From: Bacteroidales bacterium
Lineage (GTDB): Bacteria; Bacteroidota; Bacteroidia; Bacteroidales; VadinHA17
DNA: 64,000 bases
Direction of reading: 5' to 3'
NCBI GenBank assembly: GCA_029974835.1
Contig: JARKQN010000078.1
Location: 11,172 to 75,171, forward strand
In this document: piece by piece, positions 16,203 through 26,058 of the stretch
How the letters are laid out: the number at the start of each line of letters is the position of its first letter
Numbering within the stretch: position 1 is the first letter of the stretch
Made by a program: the position numbers and the translations under genes
The notes under the pieces: generated by a model
Databases searched by the model: none
The model's input: only the letters and a program-made list of their open reading frames with translations
What the model was told of the DNA's origin: nothing

Positions 16203-17657
16203 ATGAAAGAATTATCCGATATCGGACTTATTGGCCTCGCCGTTATGGGCGAGAATCTTGTTCTAAACATGGAAAGTAAGGGATTCAGGGTCACTGTGTT
16301 CAACAGGACCATATCCAAAGTCGATGATTTCATCAACGGAAGGGCAAAAGGGAAAAATATCACCGGCGCCCATTCGATTGAAGAACTCATTTCATCACTT
16401 AAGCGCCCGAGAAAGATAATGATCATGGTTAAGGCCGGGAAAGCTGTTGATGAAATGATTGAAACGCTTCTTCCGCACCTCGAAAAAGGTGATATAATAA
16501 TCGACGGAGGCAATACCCATTTCCCCGATACCAACCGGAGAACAGCCTATGTTGAAAGCAAAGGCATGCTTTATATAGGCACAGGTGTCTCGGGCGGAGA
16601 AGAGGGCGCTCTTCTGGGCCCCTCCATTATGCCGGGAGGATCAAAAGCAGCATGGCCTGAGGTGAAACCCGTCTTCCAGGCAATAGCAGCCAAAGTTGAG
16701 GACGGAACCCCCTGCTGCGACTGGGTGGGCGAAAACGGTGCCGGCCATTTCGTTAAAATGGTCCATAACGGAATCGAATACGGAGATATGCAGCTTATTT
16801 GTGAAGCATATCAGATTATGCGCGACCTTCTTGGGATGAAACCCGATGAAATGCACCTCGTTTTCAGGGAATGGAATGAGGGCGAACTCAACAGCTACCT
16901 TATTGAAATTACAAGGGATATCCTTGCCTATAAAGACACTGACGGACAGCCTCTTGTAGATAAGATTCTCGACACTGCCGGACAGAAGGGAACCGGAAAA
17001 TGGACCGGTGTAACAGCTCTTGACCTGGGAATTCCTCTTACACTGATTGTGGAAGCCGTATTCGGAAGGTGCCTGTCGGCAATAAAGGACGAAAGGGTAA
17101 CAGCTTCAAAAATATTATCGGGACCAAAACCTGTGTCTCCCGACGACAGAGATATGTTCATCAGGGATCTGAAGGAAGCTCTGTACGCAAGCAAGATAGT
17201 ATCCTATGCCCAGGGTTATGCCCTGATGATGGAAGCGGGCAGGGAATACAAATGGGACCTTAATTACGGAGGCATTGCGCTTATGTGGAGAGGAGGATGT
17301 ATTATACGGTCGGCCTTCCTCGGAAAAATCAAAGAGGCCTTCGATAAAAACCCCGCTCTGAACAACCTCCTGCTCGATCCTTTCTTTAAGGAAAAAGTGC
17401 AAAAGGCACAGACAGGATGGAGAAATGTTGTTGCAACAGCTGTTAAAAACGGGATACCCGTGCCGGCCATGGCTTCGGCGCTAAATTATTACGACGGCTA
17501 CCGGTGCGAGAGACTGCCGGCAAACCTCCTGCAGGCGCAAAGAGATTACTTCGGTGCCCATACATACGAAAGAACCGACCGACCCAGAGGTGAGTTCTTC
17601 CATACCAACTGGACAGGCAGGGGTGGCACCACAGCTTCAACAACATACAACGTTTAA
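16203..17657 (+). CDS. gnd: 6-phosphogluconate dehydrogenase, decarboxylating
   Basis: N-terminal Rossmann segment [30 protein letters not shown]. Also [18 protein letters not shown] and [11 protein letters not shown] near the C-terminus. 484 aa. Confidence 0.92.
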   Translation: MKELSDIGLIGLAVMGENLVLNMESKGFRVTVFNRTISKVDDFINGRAKGKNITGAHSIEELISSLKRPRKIMIMVKAGKAVDEMIETLLPHLEKGDIIIDGGNTHFPDTNRRTAYVESKGMLYIGTGVSGGEEGALLGPSIMPGGSKAAWPEVKPVFQAIAAKVEDGTPCCDWVGENGAGHFVKMVHNGIEYGDMQLICEAYQIMRDLLGMKPDEMHLVFREWNEGELNSYLIEITRDILAYKDTDGQPLVDKILDTAGQKGTGKWTGVTALDLGIPLTLIVEAVFGRCLSAIKDERVTASKILSGPKPVSPDDRDMFIRDLKEALYASKIVSYAQGYALMMEAGREYKWDLNYGGIALMWRGGCIIRSAFLGKIKEAFDKNPALNNLLLDPFFKEKVQKAQTGWRNVVATAVKNGIPVPAMASALNYYDGYRCERLPANLLQAQRDYFGAHTYERTDRPRGEFFHTNWTGRGGTTASTTYNV

Positions 17658-17760
17658 TCATGCAAATTCAAACCATCTGCCGGCGGAGAGCCGGTATGGA
17701 AAGGACTAAGATGACCGATAATAATTGACCAAGTAATATTAATCTAACCAACCTTTTATT

Positions 17761-19059
17761 ATGACTGAAGCAGTAAAAAAAATCGGGAACTACAGGTGGA
17801 CAATCTGTGCCCTTATCTTTTTTGCAACCACGATCAACTATCTCGACAGGCAGGTCATAGGCATTCTTAAACCACTGCTCGAGTCGGACCTTGACATCGG
17901 AGAAAAAGCATATTCACATATTGTGATGGCATTCCAGTTTTTCTATGCCTTCGGTATGGTTGTAACCGGCAGGCTTATAGACAAATGGGGAACAAAAATC
18001 GGATACGGTATTGCCGTTATCTTCTGGAGCCTGGCCGCAATGGGTCATGCCCTGGCAAAAGGGGCTCTCGGCTTCGGCTTCTGGAGATCATTACTCGGAC
18101 TGGGTGAATCGGCCAACTTTCCGGCTGCCAATAAAAGTATGGCAGAATGGTTCCCAAAGAAAGAAAGAGCCGTTGCTTTCGGTATTCTGAATTCAGGCAC
18201 CAACGTAGGCGCAATTGTTGCCCCACTTGCCGTTCCCGCCATAGTTGCTGTTTGGAGCTGGCAGGCTGCATTCATCCTCACCGGTGCAGTCGGCTTTATC
18301 TGGTTAATATTCTGGTTCATGATGTATGAAGTTCCGGCGAAAAAGAAGTCACTCTCAAAAGCTGAATACGATTACATACACTCCGACCCTGAAGAACAGA
18401 CTGCGTCAGAAGAACATGTACCGTGGCTGAAACTGCTGAAATACCGCCAGACGTGGCTCTTCTTTATCGGAAAGGGAATGACCGACCCGATCTGGTGGTT
18501 TTACCTCTTCTGGATACCCGGCTGGCTTGCAGATGTAAGGGGAACAGGTCTTAACATTAAATCATTCGGACTTCCGCTCGCGTTTATCTATACGGCCACA
18601 ACAGTCGGATCAATTTTCGGGGGATGGCTTTCTTCCTACATGATAAAAAAGGGAATGACACCCTTCCGCGCCCGCAGCATAACAATGCTTATTTTTGCCC
18701 TGCTTGTTACTCCCATTGCTTTTGCATCCTCTCCTTCCATAAGCACATGGGGAGCTGTATGTCTGATAGCCCTGGCAGCAGCTTCTCACCAGGCATGGTC
18801 AGCAAATATTTTTACAACCGTATCCGATTCATTCCCCAAAAAAGCGGTCAGCTCCGTCACCGGAATAGGTGGCATGGCCGGTGCTCTCGGAGGTCTGGGG
18901 GTTTCATACTTCGCCGGGTTTATACTTGATCTGTATAAGAAAGCAGGACACGTAGAAACCGGGTATGTGGTAATGTTCGCTATAGCAGCAAGCGCATATA
19001 TACTTGCATGGATTATCATGAATGTTTTTGCCCCGAAAAAGAAGGTAGTGGAAATCTGA
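17761..19059 (+). CDS. exuT: MFS transporter, hexuronate (ExuT-like, anion:cation symporter family)
   Basis: About 12 predicted transmembrane segments. The N-terminal segment YRWTICALIFFATTINYLDRQVIGILKP is typical of ACS-family hexuronate transporters. The operon context agrees. Confidence 0.7.
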   Translation: MTEAVKKIGNYRWTICALIFFATTINYLDRQVIGILKPLLESDLDIGEKAYSHIVMAFQFFYAFGMVVTGRLIDKWGTKIGYGIAVIFWSLAAMGHALAKGALGFGFWRSLLGLGESANFPAANKSMAEWFPKKERAVAFGILNSGTNVGAIVAPLAVPAIVAVWSWQAAFILTGAVGFIWLIFWFMMYEVPAKKKSLSKAEYDYIHSDPEEQTASEEHVPWLKLLKYRQTWLFFIGKGMTDPIWWFYLFWIPGWLADVRGTGLNIKSFGLPLAFIYTATTVGSIFGGWLSSYMIKKGMTPFRARSITMLIFALLVTPIAFASSPSISTWGAVCLIALAAASHQAWSANIFTTVSDSFPKKAVSSVTGIGGMAGALGGLGVSYFAGFILDLYKKAGHVETGYVVMFAIAASAYILAWIIMNVFAPKKKVVEI

Positions 19060-19075
19060 CCCAAACATCATTTTT

Positions 19076-20140
19076 ATGTTCAGCAGAAAGGCACGACTTA
19101 AAGATATTGCTGCTCATACCGGAGTATCTATAGGCACCGTCGACAGGGTTCTTCACGACAGAGGACAGGTAGCGGAGAAAACAAGAGAAAAAGTACTTAA
19201 GGCAGCAAAGGAATTAAATTATTCTCCCAACATCATCGCAAGAGCACTTAAAACAAGGAAAGGCTTTAATATTGTCTCATTGCTGCCATTCCCAACCGCG
19301 GAAAACCCCTTCTGGGAAAAACACCCGGAGGGAATGGAAAAAGCGATGCTCGAACTCGATCAGTTCCCGGTCTTACTAAGGCAATATACATTTGACCTGA
19401 ATAATGAAAAAAGTTTCCAGAAAAAAGCCGCGGAAGTTATGAGGCAAAATTTCGACGGAATAGTGCTTGCGCCGGTATTTAAGAATGAATCCATCACCTT
19501 CTGTTCCCTCCTGAGAAAGAAAAAAATTCCTTTTGTATTTGTCGACAACTTCCTTACAGAGACCAATTTCCTGGCATACATAGGGGAAAATATCTTCAGC
19601 AGCGGAAGGGTGGCCGGACAACTGGCCGACCTTGTTACTCCCGTTAACAAAGACATTCTTGTTATAAACATCGCAAAAAACCTTCGCAACATGCACCACC
19701 TTAACAAAAGGACTGACGGATTCATCAGCTACCTTTCCGACAAAAGCTACCGGAAAAGGAAAACACTAAGGCTTAATATTCCCGGCACCGACAAACAGGT
19801 GGTCAAAAAGTCACTCGAAAAAGTATTTCTGAAGTACCCTGATATTGCAACAATCTTCGTTACAGGGTCAAAGTCATATAAGATTGCAGAAAACGTTAAC
19901 GGTATTGGTGAAAATGGCGTGAATATTATTGGCTACGACCTTCTCGACAACAATGTCGAATGCCTGAAGGAGGGGAAAATAAGATTTCTTATCGGCCAGC
20001 GGCCAGAGGAGCAGACATACAGGGCAATAAAGAAGCTTTTTGAGTATCTTTCCCTGAAAAAAATGCCCGACAAACTCGACTATCTTCCCGTCGATATCGT
20101 AACAAGCGAAAACGTTGATTTCTTTATAAACAGCCGCTGA
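19076..20140 (+). CDS. LacI-family transcriptional regulator
   Basis: N-terminal HTH segment RLKDIAAHTGVSIGTVDRVLHDRGQVAEKTREKVLKAAKELNYSPN, followed by a periplasmic-binding-like sugar domain. Confidence 0.85.
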   Translation: MFSRKARLKDIAAHTGVSIGTVDRVLHDRGQVAEKTREKVLKAAKELNYSPNIIARALKTRKGFNIVSLLPFPTAENPFWEKHPEGMEKAMLELDQFPVLLRQYTFDLNNEKSFQKKAAEVMRQNFDGIVLAPVFKNESITFCSLLRKKKIPFVFVDNFLTETNFLAYIGENIFSSGRVAGQLADLVTPVNKDILVINIAKNLRNMHHLNKRTDGFISYLSDKSYRKRKTLRLNIPGTDKQVVKKSLEKVFLKYPDIATIFVTGSKSYKIAENVNGIGENGVNIIGYDLLDNNVECLKEGKIRFLIGQRPEEQTYRAIKKLFEYLSLKKMPDKLDYLPVDIVTSENVDFFINSR

Positions 20141-20158
20141 ACCAATACAAATATTTTT

Positions 20159-21412
20159 ATGAAAAAACTGGGAAAATATTCCATGGGCCTGGGTGACAGG
20201 TTTGGCCGTCAGGCCCCTGCTCAGCTTAAGGCAGTTATTGATGCGGGGAAAAAAGGCATTGAAATAACTCCCGTCTGGAATAAATCAAACAGGGAACACC
20301 TGATTATCGGAACAGCTCCCGGTGACGTAAGGGCAGAGGCGGATGCTGCAGTAAAGGCATTAAAATTCAGAAAGCCATATTTTGTCGACGCCGACCACAT
20401 TAATTTTGATACGGTGGGAAGATTTACAGATGCTTCCGATTTTTTCACTATCGACGTGGCTGCCTACATCGGGCAGAAGGCCGGCGATGAAGACATAAAG
20501 GCTTTCGTAAAGAAGGCAGAAAAACTAAAAGGTAAACTCAGGATACAGGGAATCCCCAAACCTTTTAATATTACCTCATTATACCTGAAAAAAGTAGCAG
20601 AGAAATACCTGTTTGCCACCAAGATGGCAGGAGTGATTTACCGCCGGATAGAAAACCTGAAGGGGAAAGGGAATTTCGTGACTGAAATTTCTATGGACGA
20701 AGTTCCTGAACCTCAGACTCCTTCCGAGCTTTATTTCATTCTGTTCATGCTCGCAATCGAAAAAATCCCGGTTCAGACAATAGCACCCAAATTCCAGGGC
20801 AGATTCAATAAGGGTGTTGATTATGTCGGGAAACCGGAACTGTTTGCCCTTGAATTTGAATCTGATCTGCTGGTTATCAAACAGGCTGTTAAGAAGTTCA
20901 ATCTGCCCGAAAACCTGAAAATAAGTGTCCACTCGGGATCTGATAAATTTGCCCTCTATCCTCATATCGGAAGGATTATCAGAAAACATGATGCAGGTAT
21001 CCATCTGAAAACTGCAGGTACCACCTGGCTTGAAGAGGTTACCGGGCTGGCAATGGCAGGAGGCGAATCGCTGGCGTTTGTAAAGGAGATATACAAAAAT
21101 GCATTCGAGAAAGCTGATGAACTATGTGCTCCCTATGCAGATGTCATTGACATTAAGAAGGAACGGCTCCCCTCTCCTTCCACGGTAATGAAATGGAACA
21201 GCAGGGAGTTTTCATCGGCAATTTCTCACAACAGCGATTGTCGCGATTATAATCCCGACATGCGACAGTTGATCCATGTCGGGTACAAGCTTGCTGCATT
21301 AAGGATGGATGAGTATCTGGCTCTGATCGACAGGAACAGGGACATAGTCGCAAAATGCGTCTATGAAAATATATATGACAGACACATCTGCAGGATATTC
21401 GGTATAAAATAA
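20159..21412 (+). CDS. uxaE: Tagaturonate/fructuronate epimerase (UxaE-like)
   Basis: The N-terminal segment YSMGLGDRFGRQAPAQL...PYFVDADHINFDT resembles the UxaE family as I recall it from Thermotoga. The hexuronate operon context agrees. Confidence 0.55.
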   Translation: MKKLGKYSMGLGDRFGRQAPAQLKAVIDAGKKGIEITPVWNKSNREHLIIGTAPGDVRAEADAAVKALKFRKPYFVDADHINFDTVGRFTDASDFFTIDVAAYIGQKAGDEDIKAFVKKAEKLKGKLRIQGIPKPFNITSLYLKKVAEKYLFATKMAGVIYRRIENLKGKGNFVTEISMDEVPEPQTPSELYFILFMLAIEKIPVQTIAPKFQGRFNKGVDYVGKPELFALEFESDLLVIKQAVKKFNLPENLKISVHSGSDKFALYPHIGRIIRKHDAGIHLKTAGTTWLEEVTGLAMAGGESLAFVKEIYKNAFEKADELCAPYADVIDIKKERLPSPSTVMKWNSREFSSAISHNSDCRDYNPDMRQLIHVGYKLAALRMDEYLALIDRNRDIVAKCVYENIYDRHICRIFGIK

Positions 21413-21423
21413 GTCCGGTTCCT

Positions 21424-23811
21424 TTACTTCAATACCCTGAGGGTACTGTCCAGTAAGACCGGCTCTCCCTTTTTCAGTTTCAGACTGGTTTTCAGGCTGC
21501 CCGACCTGACAATTATATTAATATTTTCGGCCGCCTCCAGTTTTGCACGGGTTAGTCTGTTGTTATCCCATGATATTTCAACCGAAATATTACCCCTTGC
21601 CTTTAATCCGGAAACAGTGCCATTTTTCCATGCTGCAGGCAATGCCGGCAGCAGAACAATCTCCCCTGAATGCGATTGCAGCAGCATTTCGGCAATCCCT
21701 GCAGTAAGGCCAAAATTACCGTCAATCTGAAACGGCGGATGAGTGTCGAACAGGTTGTTCAATGTTTTCTCTCTTTGCAGTTCAAGTATTTTGTTCCATG
21801 CAGCATCGCCGTCGTTGAGCCTGGCCAGGAAGTTCACCATCCATGCCTTGCTCCATCCTGTTGATGAACCCTGTCCCTTAACGGCGTAAGTCTGCCGGCG
21901 TTCAATGGTCTTTTTTGCGGCTTCAAACAATTCAGGCTGAGCAGGTGTTATCTGAGTTCCCGGGTGTAGCCCGAAAAGCTGCGACATGTGCCTGTGACCC
22001 GGTTCATTCTCTTCGTAATCTTCGATCCATTCCTGCACTATTCCATAACGTTTGCTCACCCTGTTAGGAGGAAGATTCCTTAGTACATTTTTCATCTGTG
22101 AGATGAATTGTTTGTTTCCGCCAAGTAACTCCCCTGCTCTCACACAGGCATTCAGTAACTCTCTTATTATCTGGATATCCATCGTAGCACCGTAGGTCAG
22201 ATTAAATTTTCCGCCGTCAGGAAGACGGTAAGTGTTTTCAGGGGAGTTTGAAGGTGCAGTCACCAGATAACCATTCTTATCCTTTATAAGGAAGCCAATA
22301 ACAAATTCCGCACTCTCCTTCATTGAAGGCCATGCCTCGTTTCTCAGATACTCCATGTCTTGAGTAAACAGAAAATGTTCCCACTGGTGAAGTACCAGCC
22401 ATGGTCCGGCCATGGGGAAAGTACCCCACCCTACACCATCGGAAATTGAAGTCCGGCCAAAAGGATCAGTGAGATGGTTCACCGTCCAGCCGGTTGAGTT
22501 GAAGGTTTTCTGTGCAGTCACCCGGCCGGGTTCCCTTAACCTGTTTATCAGGTCGGAAAGAGGAATTACCGTTTCGGGAAGGTTACAGACTTCGGCGGGC
22601 CAGTAATTCATCTGGATATTTATATTGGTATGAAAATCGGAGTTCCATGCGGCGGAATAGTCCTGATTCCAGATTCCCTGGAGGTTTGCCGGGAGTATGC
22701 CGGGTTTTCGCGACGACCCCATCAGGAGGTAACGCCCGTACTGGAACTGAAGCACGGCCAGCCCGGGGTCTTCTGCTCCTTCCCTTACGAGTTTCAGACG
22801 CTGGTCGGTGGGCAGGTCCCTCATTCTATCCTCCCCGAGCGAAAACTTCACCCTGTCAAAAAGTTCAGAGTGATCAGCAATATGTTTCTGTATAACTTCC
22901 TCATATGTCTTATATCTGACGGGTTCAAGGATCCGGGCACATATCGCGGCGGGATCAATATTCCTGTCAAAATTCAGAAGGGAAGGATTATAATCGGTAG
23001 CAGCTGTCAGGTAAAACAGGGCTTCGGAGGCGTTCTCCGCGAACAGGCTGTTATTGACACTCCTCAGCGATCCGTCTTTGACTCTTCCCCATAATCTTGC
23101 AGCAAACTTCATGTGAAGCCCGGGCGGGCATACATCTTTGTCGGGCAGGTCAACTATCTGGCCGGTCATCAGAAGCTCATCCTCCGATGCCGGTACAACA
23201 ACCGCATCCTGCTCCCTTGAAAGTGATATTTTGAAGGTCAGTCTGCCGGGCTGAGAACAGGTTAATCTGATAACAATAACATTATCGGGTGCAGAGGCAA
23301 AAACTTCCCTGGTAAAAGTTATTCCTTCCCATGACCAGGAGGTTGTTGAAATGCCGTTACCGAGGTTCAGTTCGCGGCGATAGTTTTCTCTTTCAGGCAG
23401 AGAGCGGTTCTGACCGAACATATCGATATAAATGTCGCCCAGAGGCTGGTATGAACGGATGCGCATAGGATTGCTCCGCAAATGTTTTTCAGACAATTCC
23501 ATAGCCTCCTTAATCTCTCCGTTCAGAAGTTTCTGCTGGATGGCCGGAAGATATCCGCGTGCATCGGCATCGGCATTTTCCACTCTCATACCGGCCCATA
23601 TGCTTTCTTCGTTAAGCTGGATCCGTTCACGCATGATATCCCCGAACACCATTGCACCAAGGCGTCCGTTGCCAACCGGTAATGCCTCGTTCCAGTCAGC
23701 CGCCGGCTGTTTATACCAGAGGATCAGACTTTGATTACCGGCAGGCTGACCCGGTAAGTTCAGGGCAAAGAATAATCCCGGGAAATACAGAAATATCTTT
23801 ACAAACCTCAT
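21424..23811 (-). CDS. Glycoside hydrolase family 95 (alpha-L-fucosidase/alpha-L-galactosidase)
   Basis: Signal peptide. The N-terminal segment LWYKQPAADWNEALPVGNGRLGAMVFG and the catalytic-region segment NLQGIWNQDYSAAWNSDFHTNINIQMNYWPAEVCNL are both typical of GH95. Confidence 0.88.
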   Translation of the reverse strand: MRFVKIFLYFPGLFFALNLPGQPAGNQSLILWYKQPAADWNEALPVGNGRLGAMVFGDIMRERIQLNEESIWAGMRVENADADARGYLPAIQQKLLNGEIKEAMELSEKHLRSNPMRIRSYQPLGDIYIDMFGQNRSLPERENYRRELNLGNGISTTSWSWEGITFTREVFASAPDNVIVIRLTCSQPGRLTFKISLSREQDAVVVPASEDELLMTGQIVDLPDKDVCPPGLHMKFAARLWGRVKDGSLRSVNNSLFAENASEALFYLTAATDYNPSLLNFDRNIDPAAICARILEPVRYKTYEEVIQKHIADHSELFDRVKFSLGEDRMRDLPTDQRLKLVREGAEDPGLAVLQFQYGRYLLMGSSRKPGILPANLQGIWNQDYSAAWNSDFHTNINIQMNYWPAEVCNLPETVIPLSDLINRLREPGRVTAQKTFNSTGWTVNHLTDPFGRTSISDGVGWGTFPMAGPWLVLHQWEHFLFTQDMEYLRNEAWPSMKESAEFVIGFLIKDKNGYLVTAPSNSPENTYRLPDGGKFNLTYGATMDIQIIRELLNACVRAGELLGGNKQFISQMKNVLRNLPPNRVSKRYGIVQEWIEDYEENEPGHRHMSQLFGLHPGTQITPAQPELFEAAKKTIERRQTYAVKGQGSSTGWSKAWMVNFLARLNDGDAAWNKILELQREKTLNNLFDTHPPFQIDGNFGLTAGIAEMLLQSHSGEIVLLPALPAAWKNGTVSGLKARGNISVEISWDNNRLTRAKLEAAENINIIVRSGSLKTSLKLKKGEPVLLDSTLRVLK

Positions 23812-23817
23812 AATACG

Positions 23818-24999
23818 TTATTTGTCAAGTTCCAGGGCTGCAAGTATAAACGGGGCAACACCCTTTGTATCGTTATCGAATCTCTTCTCATTAATATAAT
23901 ACTCATACGATCCGTCCCTGTAGGGTGTACCTCCAAGTCCGCAGCCGCCGCAGATATTGTGTATTGTAACCATTCCTTTTTCATCGGTTGTAATGAATTC
24001 CTTTATGAAATCGTCAAAAGCATCTTCGGCAATTTTCCTGAATTTATTGTCAATATATCCGAGCCGGGCGCTTTTTGCAAAAACATAAATATACATTGCC
24101 GAACCGGAGGCTTCAAGGTAATTGCCTTCCCTGCCGCCCATATTCAGGACCTGATACCATAATCCTGATTTCGTGTCGCGTACTTTCAGAAGAGCCTCAC
24201 AGGTATTCTGAAGTATGGTTATAAGGTCTTTGCGGCCGGGATGGTCAGGGGGCAGGTAATCGAGAATATCGGTGATGGCCATAATGTACCAGCCCATTGC
24301 CCTGCTCCACGGGTACTTAGACTGTCCGGTTTCGGGTTCGCACCATTTCTGGGTACGGCTCTCATCCCAGGCGTGTCTGAGCAGACCTGTCTCCCTGTCG
24401 AGGGTTTTTTCATAGATCATTTTTGTCTGGTTTACCGCCTCATCGTACCATACGGGAACATTGAACTCTTTTGCATATTGCACCATAAAGGTTGATCCCA
24501 TAAAGATCCCGTCGAGCCACATCTGCCAGGGATATATCTTTTTATGCCAGTACCCGCCTGAATTTGTCCTGGGGTGTGTTTTGAGCTGTTCTATAAAATT
24601 GTCAAGCGCTATCTTATATTCAGGAAGGGGATTTCTCCTGTACAGGGTCATAATGTTTCTGCCAGGCAGAATTCTGTCAAGGTTGTACTCATCTGATTTA
24701 TAGTCAATCACAGACCCGTCGCTCCTGACAAAGTAATTGACCCAATCCTCCATGTACCGGGAATATTTCCGGTCGGTGCTTCCCAGTTTATCGATAGCCA
24801 TCCCCAGGAATGACACGTCGTAAGCCCATTTGGGTTTACCGCTTACATAATGGATCAGGCTGTCGGCCTGCGTCATGACAGTATTGGCCATTCTGACAGA
24901 CCATTTCATGGCGTTGTTCTGTCCTGAAGTCTTCTGCCCGCATTCATATAATGAAAGTATGGCAATAAGGGCTGCTGCAAGAATTGATTGTCTGCTCAT
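23818..24999 (-). CDS. Glycoside hydrolase family 105 (unsaturated rhamnogalacturonyl hydrolase, YteR/YesR-like)
   Basis: Signal peptide. Carries the motifs GGYWHKKIYPWQMWLDGIFMG and WSRAMGWYIMAITDILDYLPPDHPGR. Confidence 0.85.
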   Translation of the reverse strand: MSRQSILAAALIAILSLYECGQKTSGQNNAMKWSVRMANTVMTQADSLIHYVSGKPKWAYDVSFLGMAIDKLGSTDRKYSRYMEDWVNYFVRSDGSVIDYKSDEYNLDRILPGRNIMTLYRRNPLPEYKIALDNFIEQLKTHPRTNSGGYWHKKIYPWQMWLDGIFMGSTFMVQYAKEFNVPVWYDEAVNQTKMIYEKTLDRETGLLRHAWDESRTQKWCEPETGQSKYPWSRAMGWYIMAITDILDYLPPDHPGRKDLITILQNTCEALLKVRDTKSGLWYQVLNMGGREGNYLEASGSAMYIYVFAKSARLGYIDNKFRKIAEDAFDDFIKEFITTDEKGMVTIHNICGGCGLGGTPYRDGSYEYYINEKRFDNDTKGVAPFILAALELDK

Positions 25000-25123
25000 A
25001 ATTTTAATTAATATGTTTTTATTTTACCCTTAAAAAGCAACCGGAAGGTCCTGTGATTATTCACTGATCAGAATACAATTTATGTTAACGGTTCCCGGGT
25101 TTCTCCTGAATAATGAAGGTAAG

Positions 25124-25198
25124 TGGGATGTACTGGACTCGAACCAGTGACCTCTTGTATGTGAAACAAGCGCTCTAAACCTGCTGAGCTAACATCCC
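25124..25198 (-). tRNA. tRNA-Val (anticodon CAC)
   Basis: Folded by hand as GGGATGT TA GCTC AGCAGGTTTA GAGC G CTTGT TTCACAT ACAAG AGGTC ACTGG TTCGAGT CCAGT ACATCCC A. All four stems pair. 75 nt. No CCA is encoded. Confidence 0.9.
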
Positions 25199-25337
25199 TC
25201 AGCCACAAATATAACACGAAATTTTCTTAAATATACCCATAAAAATTTTGATGATAATTACAGCAAAAATTGTTTTTATTGCTCCATTTTTTATTTTTAA
25301 GACGGATGAAAGAAGTATTAACCCAATAATTAATATT

Positions 25338-26006
25338 ATGAATACCAAAAGATTATCACTCTTACCATTTCTGACATTAATTGTTTTTTTATCAGGTTGT
25401 AAAAAAGAAGCCATGACGGTAACAGACATTGATGGAAATACGTATAAAACTGTTTCCATAGGAGGGAAGGTCTGGATGGCTGAGTCGCTCCGTACAACCA
25501 AATTCAGGGATGGTTCTGCAATACCTCTTGTTGCGCCGGGGAACCAGTGGAGCCTTACAACAACAGCGGCTTATTCCGATGTAAACGGCTCCGCCGATAA
25601 TGCTCCGGTATATGGCAGACTTTACAACTGGTATGCGGTTGCTGACTCAAGGAATCTTTGTCCGGCAGGATGGCATGTGCCCTCAAACCAGGAGTATTCT
25701 GATCTTTTCACGGCGCTCGGCGGTTCATCGGTTGCCGGGGGCAAGATGAAAGAGACGGGAACGGACCACTGGAATGCACCCAACGGCGGAGCTACAAACC
25801 AGTCGGGTTTTACAGGTCGCGGAGCAGGTTATATCAATTACCTTGGCGTATTTAAGGATTTCAGGTATATAACCGGGTTCTGGACTTCCACGGCGGCGTC
25901 AGCCTCTGCAGCATATCATGTAGGACTTCTTTTTGATCTGCCGGATGCAGACAATTACTCTGTCGAGAAAAGGACCGGCTTACAGGTTCGTTGTGTAAAG
26001 GACTGA
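25338..26006 (+). CDS. Lipoprotein with a Fibrobacter-succinogenes-major-paralogous (FISUMP) domain
   Basis: I prefer the start MNTKRLSLLPFLTLIVFLSGC, which has a lipobox (Met31 of the tracked ORF). Carries DIDGNTYKTVSIGGKVWMAESL and NLCPAGWHVPSNQEY, both typical of the FISUMP domain. Confidence 0.75.
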   Translation: MNTKRLSLLPFLTLIVFLSGCKKEAMTVTDIDGNTYKTVSIGGKVWMAESLRTTKFRDGSAIPLVAPGNQWSLTTTAAYSDVNGSADNAPVYGRLYNWYAVADSRNLCPAGWHVPSNQEYSDLFTALGGSSVAGGKMKETGTDHWNAPNGGATNQSGFTGRGAGYINYLGVFKDFRYITGFWTSTAASASAAYHVGLLFDLPDADNYSVEKRTGLQVRCVKD

Positions 26007-26058
26007 GAAACATCCTTTTAAAGAAAATCTTGCCGGATGCCTGTCAGCCGCCGGGTTA

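Noticed and set aside
17658-17760. Short hairpin CCGGC-ggaga-GCCGG after gnd as an intrinsic terminator.
   Set aside because: The stem is only 5 bp and there is no following T-tract, which is too weak to call.
22412-23734. A cluster of plus-strand ORFs of 64-154 aa.
   Set aside because: All are antisense to the GH95 gene.
25124-26006. tRNA-Val as an integration site marking a genomic island, with the FISUMP lipoprotein as cargo.
   Set aside because: No integrase, no transposase and no direct repeat of the tRNA 3' end are seen nearby. The flanking genes are ordinary chromosomal genes.
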